DNA from: an uncultured Pelagibacteraceae bacterium
GTDB taxonomy: Bacteria; Pseudomonadota; Alphaproteobacteria; Pelagibacterales; Pelagibacteraceae
Assembly (NCBI GenBank): GCA_902607945.1
Contig: CACLMD010000001.1
Span: forward strand, 88,272-152,271
Direction of reading: 5' to 3'
Length of the DNA: 64,000 bases
Shown: one piece after another, positions 1 through 8,115 of the stretch
Position numbering within the stretch: the first letter of the stretch is position 1
How the letters are laid out: every line of letters starts with the position of its first letter
Notes under the pieces: generated by a model
What the model saw: the letters and a program-made list of their open reading frames with translations, nothing else
The model's database searches: none
Told to the model about the DNA's origin: nothing
Program-made: the position numbers and the translations under genes

Positions 1-816
1 TGTCATCCATCTATGGTGAATAATGAATTATGTGGGCCTACAATTTTAGCGTATTTAGCTAAATATTTTTTAAAAGCTAATAGTTTTTTTTCTATTAGGA
101 TTTTATTTTTACCAGAAACCATTGGTGCAATTTCATATATCAATAAAAATTTAAAAACTCTTAAAAAAAATTTTAGAGCTGGGTTTCAAATAACATGCTT
201 TGGTGATAGAGGGAATTTTTCAATGATTTCTACTAAATATAACAATAGTTACTCAGATAAAATTGCAAAAAATATTCTAAAAAAAAATAAAAAATATAAA
301 ATTTATAAATTTCAGGAATGTGGATCTGATGAGAGACAATATAATTTTCCAGGAGTTAATTTACCTGTAGTTACTTTAACAAGAACTAAATTTGGAAATT
401 TTAAAGAATATCACAATTCAATGGATAATTTAAAAATTACAAATCCTAAAACTCTTAAAGAATCTTATAATTTTTTAATTGATATAATTGATTTAATAAA
501 CTTCGAAAAAACAATAATTTTTGATATGAAAAATAAAAATAAATTAGTAAATATAAAATTAGTTAAATCGAAGTTTGATAAGATAAAGGTTTTTAGTACA
601 ACAAAATGTGAACCATTTTTATCAAAAAGAAATTTATATAGAAATATTTCAAAAAACTATTTAACAAATGACGAATTTCTTATGTTTAATTTACTCTATT
701 ACGGAGATGGAAACTCAATTTCCAGTATAGCAAATATACTTTCAGCAAAATCTCAAAAACTTTACAAAATTGCTAAATTATTAGAGAAAAATAAATTAGT
801 AAAATTATCTAATTAA
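1..816 (+). CDS. DUF4910/DUF2172-type aminopeptidase-like protein of polysaccharide biosynthesis clusters (5' truncated by window edge)
   Basis: Frame is open from base 1 (CHPSMVNNELCGP). Motifs PETIGAI, GSDERQY, EYHNS.DNL and a C-terminal wHTH-like CEPFLSKRNLY segment. Confidence 0.75.
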   Translation, partial: CHPSMVNNELCGPTILAYLAKYFLKANSFFSIRILFLPETIGAISYINKNLKTLKKNFRAGFQITCFGDRGNFSMISTKYNNSYSDKIAKNILKKNKKYKIYKFQECGSDERQYNFPGVNLPVVTLTRTKFGNFKEYHNSMDNLKITNPKTLKESYNFLIDIIDLINFEKTIIFDMKNKNKLVNIKLVKSKFDKIKVFSTTKCEPFLSKRNLYRNISKNYLTNDEFLMFNLLYYGDGNSISSIANILSAKSQKLYKIAKLLEKNKLVKLSN

Positions 817-885
817 TTTTAATTTTTCTTTTTATTCATTGATTTATTTTGTCTTTTAAACTAAAAATCAGCAAGCAAAATGAAT

Positions 886-961
886 GCCCTTGTAGCTCAG
901 CTGGTAGAGCAATTGATTTGTAATCAATAGGTCCGCGGTTCGAATCCGTGCGGGGGCACCA
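886..961 (+). tRNA. tRNA-Thr(UGU)
   Basis: GCCCTTGTAGCTCAG...ATTGA-TTTGTAA-TCAAT anticodon arm...GGTTCGAATCC...GGGGGCACCA; 76 nt with encoded CCA. Confidence 0.97.
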
Positions 962-987
962 TCTATTTAATAACTGAGGGAAGTTTC

Positions 988-1758
988 TTAATTTATCTCT
1001 TTTCTTAATTGTTCAATTTTAATTTTTTTGTGAAGACTTCTATTTTTATCATACAAAAGGTTAAATTTTATTTTTTTATTTGTATACACAATTATATTCT
1101 TAGCGTTTCTTACCTCAATATTATCTGCAACAGCACTAATGGGTCTTTTTTGAGGATTCAAATTTTTTATTGTAATTTTGGATTTATCACTAACAATTTT
1201 TCCTTTCCATCTTCTAGGTCTAAATGGACTGATAGGAGAAATAGACAATTTTTTTGAGTTCAAACTTAGGATGGGTCCATGTACTGAAAGATTATAAGCT
1301 GTGCTGCCAGCTGGAGTAGAAACAAGAACACCGTCAGATACTAATTTTTTAATAACTTGTTTAGAACCATTATTAATTGATAAAGATGCTGCTTGTCTGC
1401 TTTGCCTTAAAATTGAAACTTCATTAATTGCTAAATATTTCCTTATTAAATTTTTATTATTTTTTACAGTCATCTCAAGAGGAGAAATAGTAATCATATT
1501 AGATTTAGATAAGTTTTTAATAATGGTTTTTGAAGAAAACTTATTCATAAGAAAACCATAATTACCAGAATTAATTCCATAGAAAAATTTTTTAGATTTT
1601 TTATTGTTTTTTAAAGTCTTAAGCATAAAACCATCTCCACCAATAACAAAAACTATATTTTTAATACTAGTATTATTTTTTTTTAAATTTTTTAACAGTT
1701 GAGATTTAATCTTTAATGATTTTTGATTTGTATCAGTTATTATTTGTATTTTTTTCAT
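988..1758 (-). CDS. nadK: NAD kinase
   Basis: GGDGFML, NEVS and DGVLVSTPAGSTAYNLS motifs. Confidence 0.93.
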   Translation of the reverse strand: MKKIQIITDTNQKSLKIKSQLLKNLKKNNTSIKNIVFVIGGDGFMLKTLKNNKKSKKFFYGINSGNYGFLMNKFSSKTIIKNLSKSNMITISPLEMTVKNNKNLIRKYLAINEVSILRQSRQAASLSINNGSKQVIKKLVSDGVLVSTPAGSTAYNLSVHGPILSLNSKKLSISPISPFRPRRWKGKIVSDKSKITIKNLNPQKRPISAVADNIEVRNAKNIIVYTNKKIKFNLLYDKNRSLHKKIKIEQLRKEIN

Positions 1759-1764
1759 CTCTTA

Positions 1765-1850
1765 TGGTGCCCTCGGCCAGACTCGAACTGGCACTCCGCA
1801 AGCGGCAAGGATTTTAAGTCCTTTGTGTCTACCAATTTCACCACGAGGGC
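1765..1850 (-). tRNA. tRNA-Leu(UAA), intact copy; integration target
   Basis: Reverse complement GCCCTCGTGGTGAAATTGGTAGACACAAAGGACTTAAAATCCTTGCCGCTTGCGGAGTGCCAGTTCGAGTCTGGCCGAGGGCACCA; long variable arm, anticodon TAA, CCA end. Confidence 0.97.
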
Positions 1851-1868
1851 ATTAATGAATTTCATGAG

Positions 1869-1897
1869 TATTTATGCTAATATTTATAATTCAACAA
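1869..1897 (-). promoter_or_regulatory. Putative sigma70 promoter of tRNA-Leu (also present in the copies near 8006-8034 and 10476-10504)
   Basis: Minus strand cTTGTTG-17 nt-TAAATA upstream of the tRNA. The -10 box and 17-nt spacing are conserved in all three repeat copies (-35 reads TTGTTC in the third). Confidence 0.55.
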
Positions 1898-1923
1898 GAT
1901 GAATAAGTAAATTTTTTTTATTT

Positions 1924-1952
1924 TATCTCTCTGTTTCCGAGTTTGTTCCGAG
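1924..1952 (+). repeat. Cassette A left arm-type repeat (2x TTCCGAG, 11-bp period)
   Basis: tatctctctgtttccgagtttgttccgag; near-identical direct copy at 7794-7822. Confidence 0.85.
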
Positions 1953-1967
1953 TTATCCTATAAAATC

Positions 1968-2624
1968 CTACTCTTGCACATTACCATGTATCCAGTGACA
2001 AGTTTTTTTGTTACCATCAGCTAAAGTCATTGTTCCAATGCCATAGGGTAAATCGAAGTCAAGTTCTCCTTTATAATGAGCTCCATCTTCATAAAAAATT
2101 TCTCCAAAGGAGATATTAATTTCTGCACCAAAATCTTTATCGAACACCCTGTTAATATTTGCTTTTTGATAGATTATTTTCTTAATACCTTTGTGCTGTG
2201 AGTACTCTATTAATGATGGATTCAATATTTCACCCTCAAGTAAACTACCCCCTTCAAAAATACCTTTAACATGACCAATAACATTATTGTTTTTATAATT
2301 TTCATCTGTTCGATAATGAAGTTCAATACCGTTGCCATGTAATTCCCAGTCACCCGAGCCTATAACATCATCAAATTTAAATGATCCTTCGTACCTGCAA
2401 TAAGGTGGATTGCTGTAAGTTCCTCTTACAAATACACCATTCTCCCACTCTCCATTACATTTTTCTTTACTAACTTTGGAAGTGAGTTCACCTAAACCAT
2501 GAGGCAAACCGTCTAAATTGCAAAATCCAATATATTTACCGTCGTGAAAAATATCAGGAGAATTATCTAATGTTATATTTTCAATTTCTCTAGGTTCAAT
2601 TTTTTTTCCTTTATATTCTTTCAT
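1968..2624 (-). CDS. MORN-repeat-containing protein
   Basis: Repeats such as YIGFCNLDGLPHGLGEL, CNGEWENG and YKGELDFDLPYGIGTMTLADG. Confidence 0.75.
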   Translation of the reverse strand: MKEYKGKKIEPREIENITLDNSPDIFHDGKYIGFCNLDGLPHGLGELTSKVSKEKCNGEWENGVFVRGTYSNPPYCRYEGSFKFDDVIGSGDWELHGNGIELHYRTDENYKNNNVIGHVKGIFEGGSLLEGEILNPSLIEYSQHKGIKKIIYQKANINRVFDKDFGAEINISFGEIFYEDGAHYKGELDFDLPYGIGTMTLADGNKKTCHWIHGNVQE

Positions 2625-2636
2625 TTAACTACTCTA

Positions 2637-3077
2637 TCATTCTATTTCAGTTAACCATTTAGGCCAAGACCTTGATTCTAATTTTCTATCAAGCTTAAAT
2701 TCGTAGATAATCATCCGTAAAATCTTAGACTTTGAATACCCTTCTTTATAAAGATCTTTTGCTCTTTTTATTTTGGCATTTTTAAGTTTCTGAACTTCTG
2801 AACTATATTGGACTAAATTAGATTGATCTCCTCCAGAGTTCCCCAAAGCTCTTTTATTTCCTTGCATAAACTTAGCTCTTTTTTCTTCAAGAATTTTTGT
2901 AAGCTTTTTTCTTTTCCTTAGTGCTTCCTCAGCTAAAAATTTACTATTATAGATTTGCAACCCTCTGAATTCCATTGGGATATTACTGTTTTTAGTTTGG
3001 GGTGTAGAATATAAAATTTTATATTTTCCATTTAGATTGTTCTTATCAACAGGTCTAATTTTATTATGATTGCTCAT
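2637..3077 (-). CDS. Hypothetical basic protein with possible C-terminal HTH
   Basis: 146-aa ORF whose start overlaps the upstream stop (ATGA). Contains FMQGNKRALGNSGG and RAKDLYKEGYSKSKI segments. Confidence 0.6.
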   Translation of the reverse strand: MSNHNKIRPVDKNNLNGKYKILYSTPQTKNSNIPMEFRGLQIYNSKFLAEEALRKRKKLTKILEEKRAKFMQGNKRALGNSGGDQSNLVQYSSEVQKLKNAKIKRAKDLYKEGYSKSKILRMIIYEFKLDRKLESRSWPKWLTEIE

Positions 3078-3247
3078 TTTAACTTATTTTTCTTTTTTTC
3101 TTTTTGCCATAAAAAGTAAAAGATAATTATCAAGCCTGGCTGAAGAAAAACAAAAATGACTATATTTGCAAGCTCATAACCCATGCCTGTGAAGTCACCA
3201 ATTACTTCTAATACTAAAACGCACCAATTAAAAAAATCACTTATCAT
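3074..3247 (-). CDS. Small membrane protein, 57 aa (absent from ORF track)
   Basis: Translated by hand: MISDFFNWCVLVLEVIGDFTGMGYELANIVIFVFLQPGLIIIFYFLWQKEKKKNKLK. Fills the gap exactly and overlaps both neighbouring genes. Confidence 0.75.
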   Translation of the reverse strand: MISDFFNWCVLVLEVIGDFTGMGYELANIVIFVFLQPGLIIIFYFLWQKEKKKNKLK

Positions 3248-3518
3248 TTTCATCCTCTCTAGCTTTTTTTAATATCTTTATTTCATTTTCAATCATTTCA
3301 AATTTATGACAGTCACATCTGTAAATAAAATACTTCATTGTATTATATGGAAGAAAATATAATTTTAAGATCAAATTTAACAAAGGCTTATCTTCGTAGA
3401 ACTTTTTCTTAGCGTTCATATGAAGCTGTCTATGAGTTATTAACCATCCAAGATAATTTTTCCACTCCAGTCTATTCTCTAATCTTTCTTTTATTATTTC
3501 ATCTAAATTATTTTTCAT
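3237..3518 (-). CDS. Hypothetical protein
   Basis: 93-aa ORF with ATGA overlap to the nuclease gene. Confidence 0.6.
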   Translation of the reverse strand: MKNNLDEIIKERLENRLEWKNYLGWLITHRQLHMNAKKKFYEDKPLLNLILKLYFLPYNTMKYFIYRCDCHKFEMIENEIKILKKAREDENDK

Positions 3519-4222
3519 CCAGCAACTCCTGATAATAAAATTTGTTCTCTAGTAAAATTACAAAAGTTACATTTTGTATCAATTTTAGGTACAACTGGTT
3601 TTTCTAAAAGATCTATAAGGTTAGTTATGTATTCCTTAAAATCATCTTCATTTCTTTCAAGGGGTGAATAAGATATTTTCATCTTAAAATCACAATCCTT
3701 TTCAGTATGACCAGTAATTTCCTCAGGATTAAATTGAAGTATTCCCATGTGTGATATTGGATTTAACTCAGGAGTAGGAGCAGTTTTTGTTGAACCTGGT
3801 GATGTAAAGATTTGAGCATAAGCCTCTAGTTGATATCTATAATCTTCCGCTTTATCGCTTTTAATCTTTGTAGTTTTAAAGTCTATAATTCCATAACCTC
3901 CTTCCTTAAACTTTACAACAATATCTGGATTACCTTTTAATTTATATTTACGATTTTTATTATCAACTAACCCTTCAGAAACTATTTTACCTGGCAACTC
4001 CTTACTATCCATAATAGTTCCACTAGGTAAATTAGCCCCCCAATCTTTAGTATCTGTTGTTTTAAAATAAGGTTTTTGAACAGAGTCAAAAGTAGAAAAG
4101 ACTGGTGGTGGTCTGTCACCTGGATTAATCTTATAATGTTTAGAGATATAATAACATCTTGGACATTTTTTAGCTTTGTAATCAAGTTCAGATGGTGAAA
4201 ATGAATATTCTTTATCTTTCAT
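3515..4222 (-). CDS. PD-(D/E)XK nuclease, Cas4/AddB-like
   Basis: FSPSEL..CPRC N-terminus, LKGNPD...IIDFKT catalytic motif, YQLEAY motif, C-terminal CNFC. Confidence 0.85.
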   Translation of the reverse strand: MKDKEYSFSPSELDYKAKKCPRCYYISKHYKINPGDRPPPVFSTFDSVQKPYFKTTDTKDWGANLPSGTIMDSKELPGKIVSEGLVDNKNRKYKLKGNPDIVVKFKEGGYGIIDFKTTKIKSDKAEDYRYQLEAYAQIFTSPGSTKTAPTPELNPISHMGILQFNPEEITGHTEKDCDFKMKISYSPLERNEDDFKEYITNLIDLLEKPVVPKIDTKCNFCNFTREQILLSGVAG

Positions 4223-4380
4223 TAATATACCTCCGATACATATCTAATTAATTGAGGTTTTGTTTCCGACTCTCCAATAATTTTTATAGTTTCGTTTATT
4301 TCCATATAAACTCTATAGAAATGTTTTCCTTCTTCATGGTCATTCACTTCTTCAACTCTTATCTCATGTATCTTATCCAT
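4222..4380 (-). CDS. Small acidic hypothetical protein, 52 aa (absent from ORF track)
   Basis: Translated by hand: MDKIHEIRVEEVNDHEEGKHFYRVYMEINETIKIIGESETKPQLIRYVSEVY. TAATG coupling on both sides. Confidence 0.7.
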   Translation of the reverse strand: MDKIHEIRVEEVNDHEEGKHFYRVYMEINETIKIIGESETKPQLIRYVSEVY

Positions 4381-4568
4381 TAATTTAACCTCCTTCCAGT
4401 TTCATATGATTCATGTTCATCCTCTAAAACCTTATTGTTAACTAATATTCTAACAACTTGAGCTCTAGATAACGTAATACCAGGAGATAGTGCTGTGGTT
4501 AGATCTTCGATTTTTTTATAACAATCATTGTCTATTGCTACAGATTTATATTTTGTTTTATCCATCAT
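4380..4568 (-). CDS. Ribbon-helix-helix (CopG/Arc-like) DNA-binding protein
   Basis: KYKSVAIDNDCYKKIEDL...LSRAQVVRILV fits a beta-alpha-alpha pattern. First gene of the operon, with an AAAGGA RBS. Confidence 0.7.
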   Translation of the reverse strand: MMDKTKYKSVAIDNDCYKKIEDLTTALSPGITLSRAQVVRILVNNKVLEDEHESYETGRRLN

Positions 4569-4763
4569 TTTGTCCTTTCGAACACAAATTCTTAAAAGAT
4601 AAATAGAAGTTTTACTGACTTTAATTTAATCAATTAAGAACATCCGTTCCTATTGTTTATTTAAAGGTAAACACAATGAAAAAATTATTTTAATTTATTC
4701 CTTCCCAGATGACAGCTAAAATATAAAAAATATTTTAGAGCTAGGTTGGTCTGCAATTAAAAA

Positions 4764-4825
4764 ATGAAGGCTAGAAATATACATTTATCAAGTCAGTAAG
4801 ATTAATGTATATATCAAGCCTTCAT
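4764..4825. repeat. Long imperfect inverted repeat (26-bp arms, 23/26 matching, 10-nt loop)
   Basis: ATGAAGGCTAGAAATATACATTTATC-aagtcagtaa-GATTAATGTATATATCAAGCCTTCAT. Confidence 0.8.
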
Positions 4826-5041
4826 ACATTATTTCAAATTACCTACCTTTATTATATAAGATTCTTACAAGCCTTTTCAATAGTTAATAAATTTTATTTT
4901 GGAGTTCTTCTTTATCCTATACTTTCCTATAAAATTGGATTCACTTTTCAGGGCACTGCTCAGACATAGTTAAGACATACTTTTTAAATATATTAAGAAT
5001 TGTTAAAGTTCATTTCTAGAATTTTAAACAACTCCTAATAT

Positions 5042-5380
5042 ATGCAACAATTAAAACTTTTCGATTATAGAAGAGATTATCTTTTTGATTCTAATAATCA
5101 GATTGCTCATTATTACGATATCCTTAAGGAAACTGAGGATACTATTAGCTACGCTGAACACATCGATCCTAAAAAGGGTTATGCAATAGCTGGTATGGAA
5201 TATGAAGAATATATTGATGTAAAAAAAGATAGGTTGAAAGGACTGACCTATGATCAAATATTCACTTACTTAAAAAATGTCAAAAAAGAAGATCGATTAG
5301 AAAAATATAAGGCATTATTAAAGTTTAGAAATATTCCTTTTGAGGCAGATTTGTTTACTTGGAACAATGATGATCTATAA
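5042..5380 (+). CDS. Hypothetical protein with N-terminal QLKLF motif
   Basis: 112-aa ORF directly upstream of the restriction endonuclease gene. Confidence 0.65.
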   Translation: MQQLKLFDYRRDYLFDSNNQIAHYYDILKETEDTISYAEHIDPKKGYAIAGMEYEEYIDVKKDRLKGLTYDQIFTYLKNVKKEDRLEKYKALLKFRNIPFEADLFTWNNDDL

Positions 5381-5395
5381 TAATATATAATATTT

Positions 5396-6223
5396 ATGCC
5401 CTGGAAAAATTTTGAAAAAGAAGCATGTAAATTTTTAAAAGAAAAAATAAAAGATAAAGAAATTAATATAAATTGTTTTGGTGGCTCAGACTCAACAGCA
5501 AAAGATATTAAAATTTCTAAAAAAAATAAGTATCTTGCAACAATTGAAGTAAAAGAAAGAAAAGCTCAAATAGGTCAATTAGTAATAGAATTTATTCCCA
5601 AAAACTCTATTTATAAATTATCAAAAAAATCTAAAGATTATGAAGTAAAGTTAAAAATTTCTAATAAAATTTTAAATTTTATTAATAAAAGTCCTTTATA
5701 TTACCAAAATATAAGCCAAAGTACCCAGTTAAAATGTGATAAAGATTTATCTTATGATTACATAGAAAAATTTAACAAATTAAGAAATTACGATTATTTT
5801 TTATCAAAAAATTTTAAAAATCAAATCAAAATAATAAATGTTAAAAATTTTAAAAGATATTTTGATGTAAGTGCTGTATTTAGGCCTAAGCCTAGTGGTT
5901 CAAGACATATTCCAAAAAAAGATTATGAAATAGTTAAAATATTTATATATGAAAAGTTTAAATTAAAAGTACTCCAGGAAAAAAATAAGTATTATATAAA
6001 ATTTTTAAACGATGATAAAAAAAATATTCAGAAAATAAAAGATAGATATTTTTTTATTAAAAATGATAAATATTTTTTGTCTATCGATGAAGATGACACA
6101 AATAGATTTTATATTAAAAAATGTAGTAAAACCAATAATCTAAATATAATCTTTGAGATTGAATTTATATCAAACGAAAAGGATGATGATTTAAATAATC
6201 TTTTAAATAATCTTAAAGATTGA
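5396..6223 (+). CDS. Type II restriction endonuclease, HhaI-like (predicted GCGC)
   Basis: Recalled resemblance to R.HhaI along its length: MxWKxFE, GxSDST.xDI, IE.K...Q.GQ.V, YFxVS...R.K.SGSRH, SxTxNxNxIF. Convergent with a C5 methyltransferase. Confidence 0.8.
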   Translation: MPWKNFEKEACKFLKEKIKDKEININCFGGSDSTAKDIKISKKNKYLATIEVKERKAQIGQLVIEFIPKNSIYKLSKKSKDYEVKLKISNKILNFINKSPLYYQNISQSTQLKCDKDLSYDYIEKFNKLRNYDYFLSKNFKNQIKIINVKNFKRYFDVSAVFRPKPSGSRHIPKKDYEIVKIFIYEKFKLKVLQEKNKYYIKFLNDDKKNIQKIKDRYFFIKNDKYFLSIDEDDTNRFYIKKCSKTNNLNIIFEIEFISNEKDDDLNNLLNNLKD

Positions 6224-6226
6224 AAT

Positions 6227-7204
6227 TTAAAGAAATTTTTGATTCTTTAATTCAATTAAAATATGCTGGATAACATTTACAACAACTGTATTACCAAATT
6301 GTTTGTAAGAAACATTTGGATTATCAGATAGTTTAAAATTTTTTGGAAAACCTGAAATATTTGCACATTCTCTAGGTAATAATTTTCTAATTTTATTGTT
6401 AATTAAGTATAAGCCTGTTTTAGAACCAGTACCACCACCATATGCAGATAAGGTTATAGCATGACCTATTGGGTCATAAACTCTATCTCCCTGACCTCCC
6501 TTGTTAACTATACCCAGTCTAACCGGCTTATTAGGTAAAAAATTGAATAAACTATTATTCTTAGATACTTCTTTTTTTTTTAATAATTTTTTTTTTTTAA
6601 ATACACGAGAATTTAAATCAATTTTATTTTCTAAAAAATCTAATAACTTAACATCTTTGCCTATTGGCTTCGGAAATATAAATTCTGAATTATTGTGAGA
6701 TTTTTTAATTCCTATCATATAAGTTCTTTTTCTTGATTGAGGAATTCCAAAATCAGAAGCATTAAGTATTTTGTAAAAAAAATTATAATTTAAATCTTTT
6801 ATTACTTTTTTGACTGTATTTAAGGTTTTACCATCGTCATGTTTTGCAAAATTTGCAACATTTTCTAAAAGTACTATCTTGGGTTTCTTTATTTTAATAA
6901 TTTTGGCGATATCAAAAAATAAAGTGCCTCTGGTATCTTCAAAACCGCCTTGTTTACCTGATATGCTAAATGGCTGACATGGAAATCCTGCGGTCAATAT
7001 ATCATGCATCGGAATTAATTTTATGTCTACTTTAGTAATATCTCCATGAGGTTTTTCTTTAAAATTTAATTCATAAATTTTTTGACAGTCTTTATCAAAA
7101 TCACTTGAAAATAGACATTTTGCACCAAAATTATCTAGTGCAATCCTAAATCCTCCTATTCCACAAAAGAGATCTATGTAAGTAATATTTCTTAATTTAT
7201 TCAC
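6227..7204 (-). CDS. DNA (cytosine-5)-methyltransferase, M.HhaI-like
   Basis: DLFCGIGG, GFPCQPFS, ENV, PQSRKR motifs. Target-recognition region RLGIVNKGGQGDRVY...AITLSAYGGG closely resembles M.HhaI as recalled. Confidence 0.93.
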   Translation of the reverse strand: MNKLRNITYIDLFCGIGGFRIALDNFGAKCLFSSDFDKDCQKIYELNFKEKPHGDITKVDIKLIPMHDILTAGFPCQPFSISGKQGGFEDTRGTLFFDIAKIIKIKKPKIVLLENVANFAKHDDGKTLNTVKKVIKDLNYNFFYKILNASDFGIPQSRKRTYMIGIKKSHNNSEFIFPKPIGKDVKLLDFLENKIDLNSRVFKKKKLLKKKEVSKNNSLFNFLPNKPVRLGIVNKGGQGDRVYDPIGHAITLSAYGGGTGSKTGLYLINNKIRKLLPRECANISGFPKNFKLSDNPNVSYKQFGNTVVVNVIQHILIELKNQKFL

Positions 7205-7673
7205 TTCTGTAATTACTTGATCTCATAATTGTTTGGTAATCTGTTTCATTCATAACATTTACTCCACTTTGAAAATAAATCCCATAATGACTTTTTTTTA
7301 AGATAAAATTTAATTCATGCATAATACTTTTAATTGATACTTTATTTTTAAAATTCATAATTTCTTTAAGTGTTATTAACATGTGAAGTTCTTTGTTTTT
7401 TAATATAGTTTTAGATATTTTGTTTATTGTATCCGACTCTTCAACTACAGAACTATCCTCAATAATTTTTATTTTATCAATTTTAGCTGTTCCAACAAAA
7501 TTTTGGCTAAAAGTATTTGTACCAGCAATATAAAAAACAATTTTGCTATTTGGTTTAAGTTTAGGTCTATGATTAGTTCTTTTAAAAATTGGCCAAATTT
7601 TATTTTTAGTCAATAAATCAAATTTTTCAAATGCTGATATTTCGGCATCTGAAGAAATAAAACAAAAATTCAT
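7197..7673 (-). CDS. EVE/PUA-like domain protein
   Basis: W.I..RT.HR..LK...KIVFYIAG....F.G.A.I and L.FI....YG.YFQ.G...M...DY..I pattern. Likely start at 7673 (ORF track extends to 7739). Overlaps the methyltransferase start. Confidence 0.7.
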   Translation of the reverse strand: MNFCFISSDAEISAFEKFDLLTKNKIWPIFKRTNHRPKLKPNSKIVFYIAGTNTFSQNFVGTAKIDKIKIIEDSSVVEESDTINKISKTILKNKELHMLITLKEIMNFKNKVSIKSIMHELNFILKKSHYGIYFQSGVNVMNETDYQTIMRSSNYRSE

Positions 7674-7793
7674 TAGGGTTAAATTAATAGTCTTTATTAA
7701 CTGTTTTGGAATTTTGATTCCAGAAATAATACAAAACATAAAGTATTATTAAATAAATTATTAAACCAAACATTAACATCACTATACTACAAT

Positions 7794-7822
7794 TATCTCT
7801 CTGTTTCCGAGAATGTTCCGAG
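7794..7822 (+). repeat. Cassette A right arm-type repeat (2x TTCCGAG)
   Basis: tatctctctgtttccgagaatgttccgag, starting 155 bp before the core at 7949. Confidence 0.85.
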
Positions 7823-7947
7823 AATTTGAAAAATAATTATAAAGATTTTCCAATAAAAATAATACGATGATTCTAAAACTTATGGGATTATGAGGGATTC
7901 AGACTATTAGAGACCATTAGAGGCTCTGAAATTCCTCAACTCAAACT

Positions 7948-8068
7948 ATTTTAAGTCCTTTGTGTCTACCAATTTCACCACGAGGGCATTTGTGAATTTC
8001 ATGAGTATTTATGCTAATATTTATAATTCAACAAGGGTAATAAGTAAAATTTTTTTAATTTATCTCTC
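7948..8068 (-). repeat. att junction A/B: 5' half of tRNA-Leu (7948-7987) plus upstream promoter region
   Basis: 7948-7987 is identical to 1811-1850; high similarity continues to about 8068 (equivalent to 1931). Confidence 0.95.
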
Positions 8069-8090
8069 CATGCTATAGTCTTGCTATAGT
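8061..8090 (+). repeat. Cassette B left arm-type repeat (2x TGCTATAGT, 11-bp period)
   Basis: tatctctccatgctatagtcttgctatagt; direct copy at 10264-10293. Confidence 0.85.
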
Positions 8091-8115
8091 TCTCCCATAT
8101 TATCCTATGCATAAA

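Larger units (their letters stand above)
1812..7948. mobile_element. Cassette A (about 6.1 kb): integrase-less tRNA-Leu-targeted element carrying an R-M system and an RHH/nuclease/MORN operon
   Basis: Bounded by direct repeats starting at the anticodon loop (TTTTAAGTCC... at 1812 and 7949). Cassette-specific TATCTCTCTGTTTCCGAGnnTGTTCCGAG at both ends. Cargo is non-core. Confidence 0.85.

Noticed and set aside
886-961. tRNA-Thr and tRNA-Met (61531-61607) as integration sites
   Set aside because: I found no partial duplicate of either tRNA within the window; partners could lie outside it.
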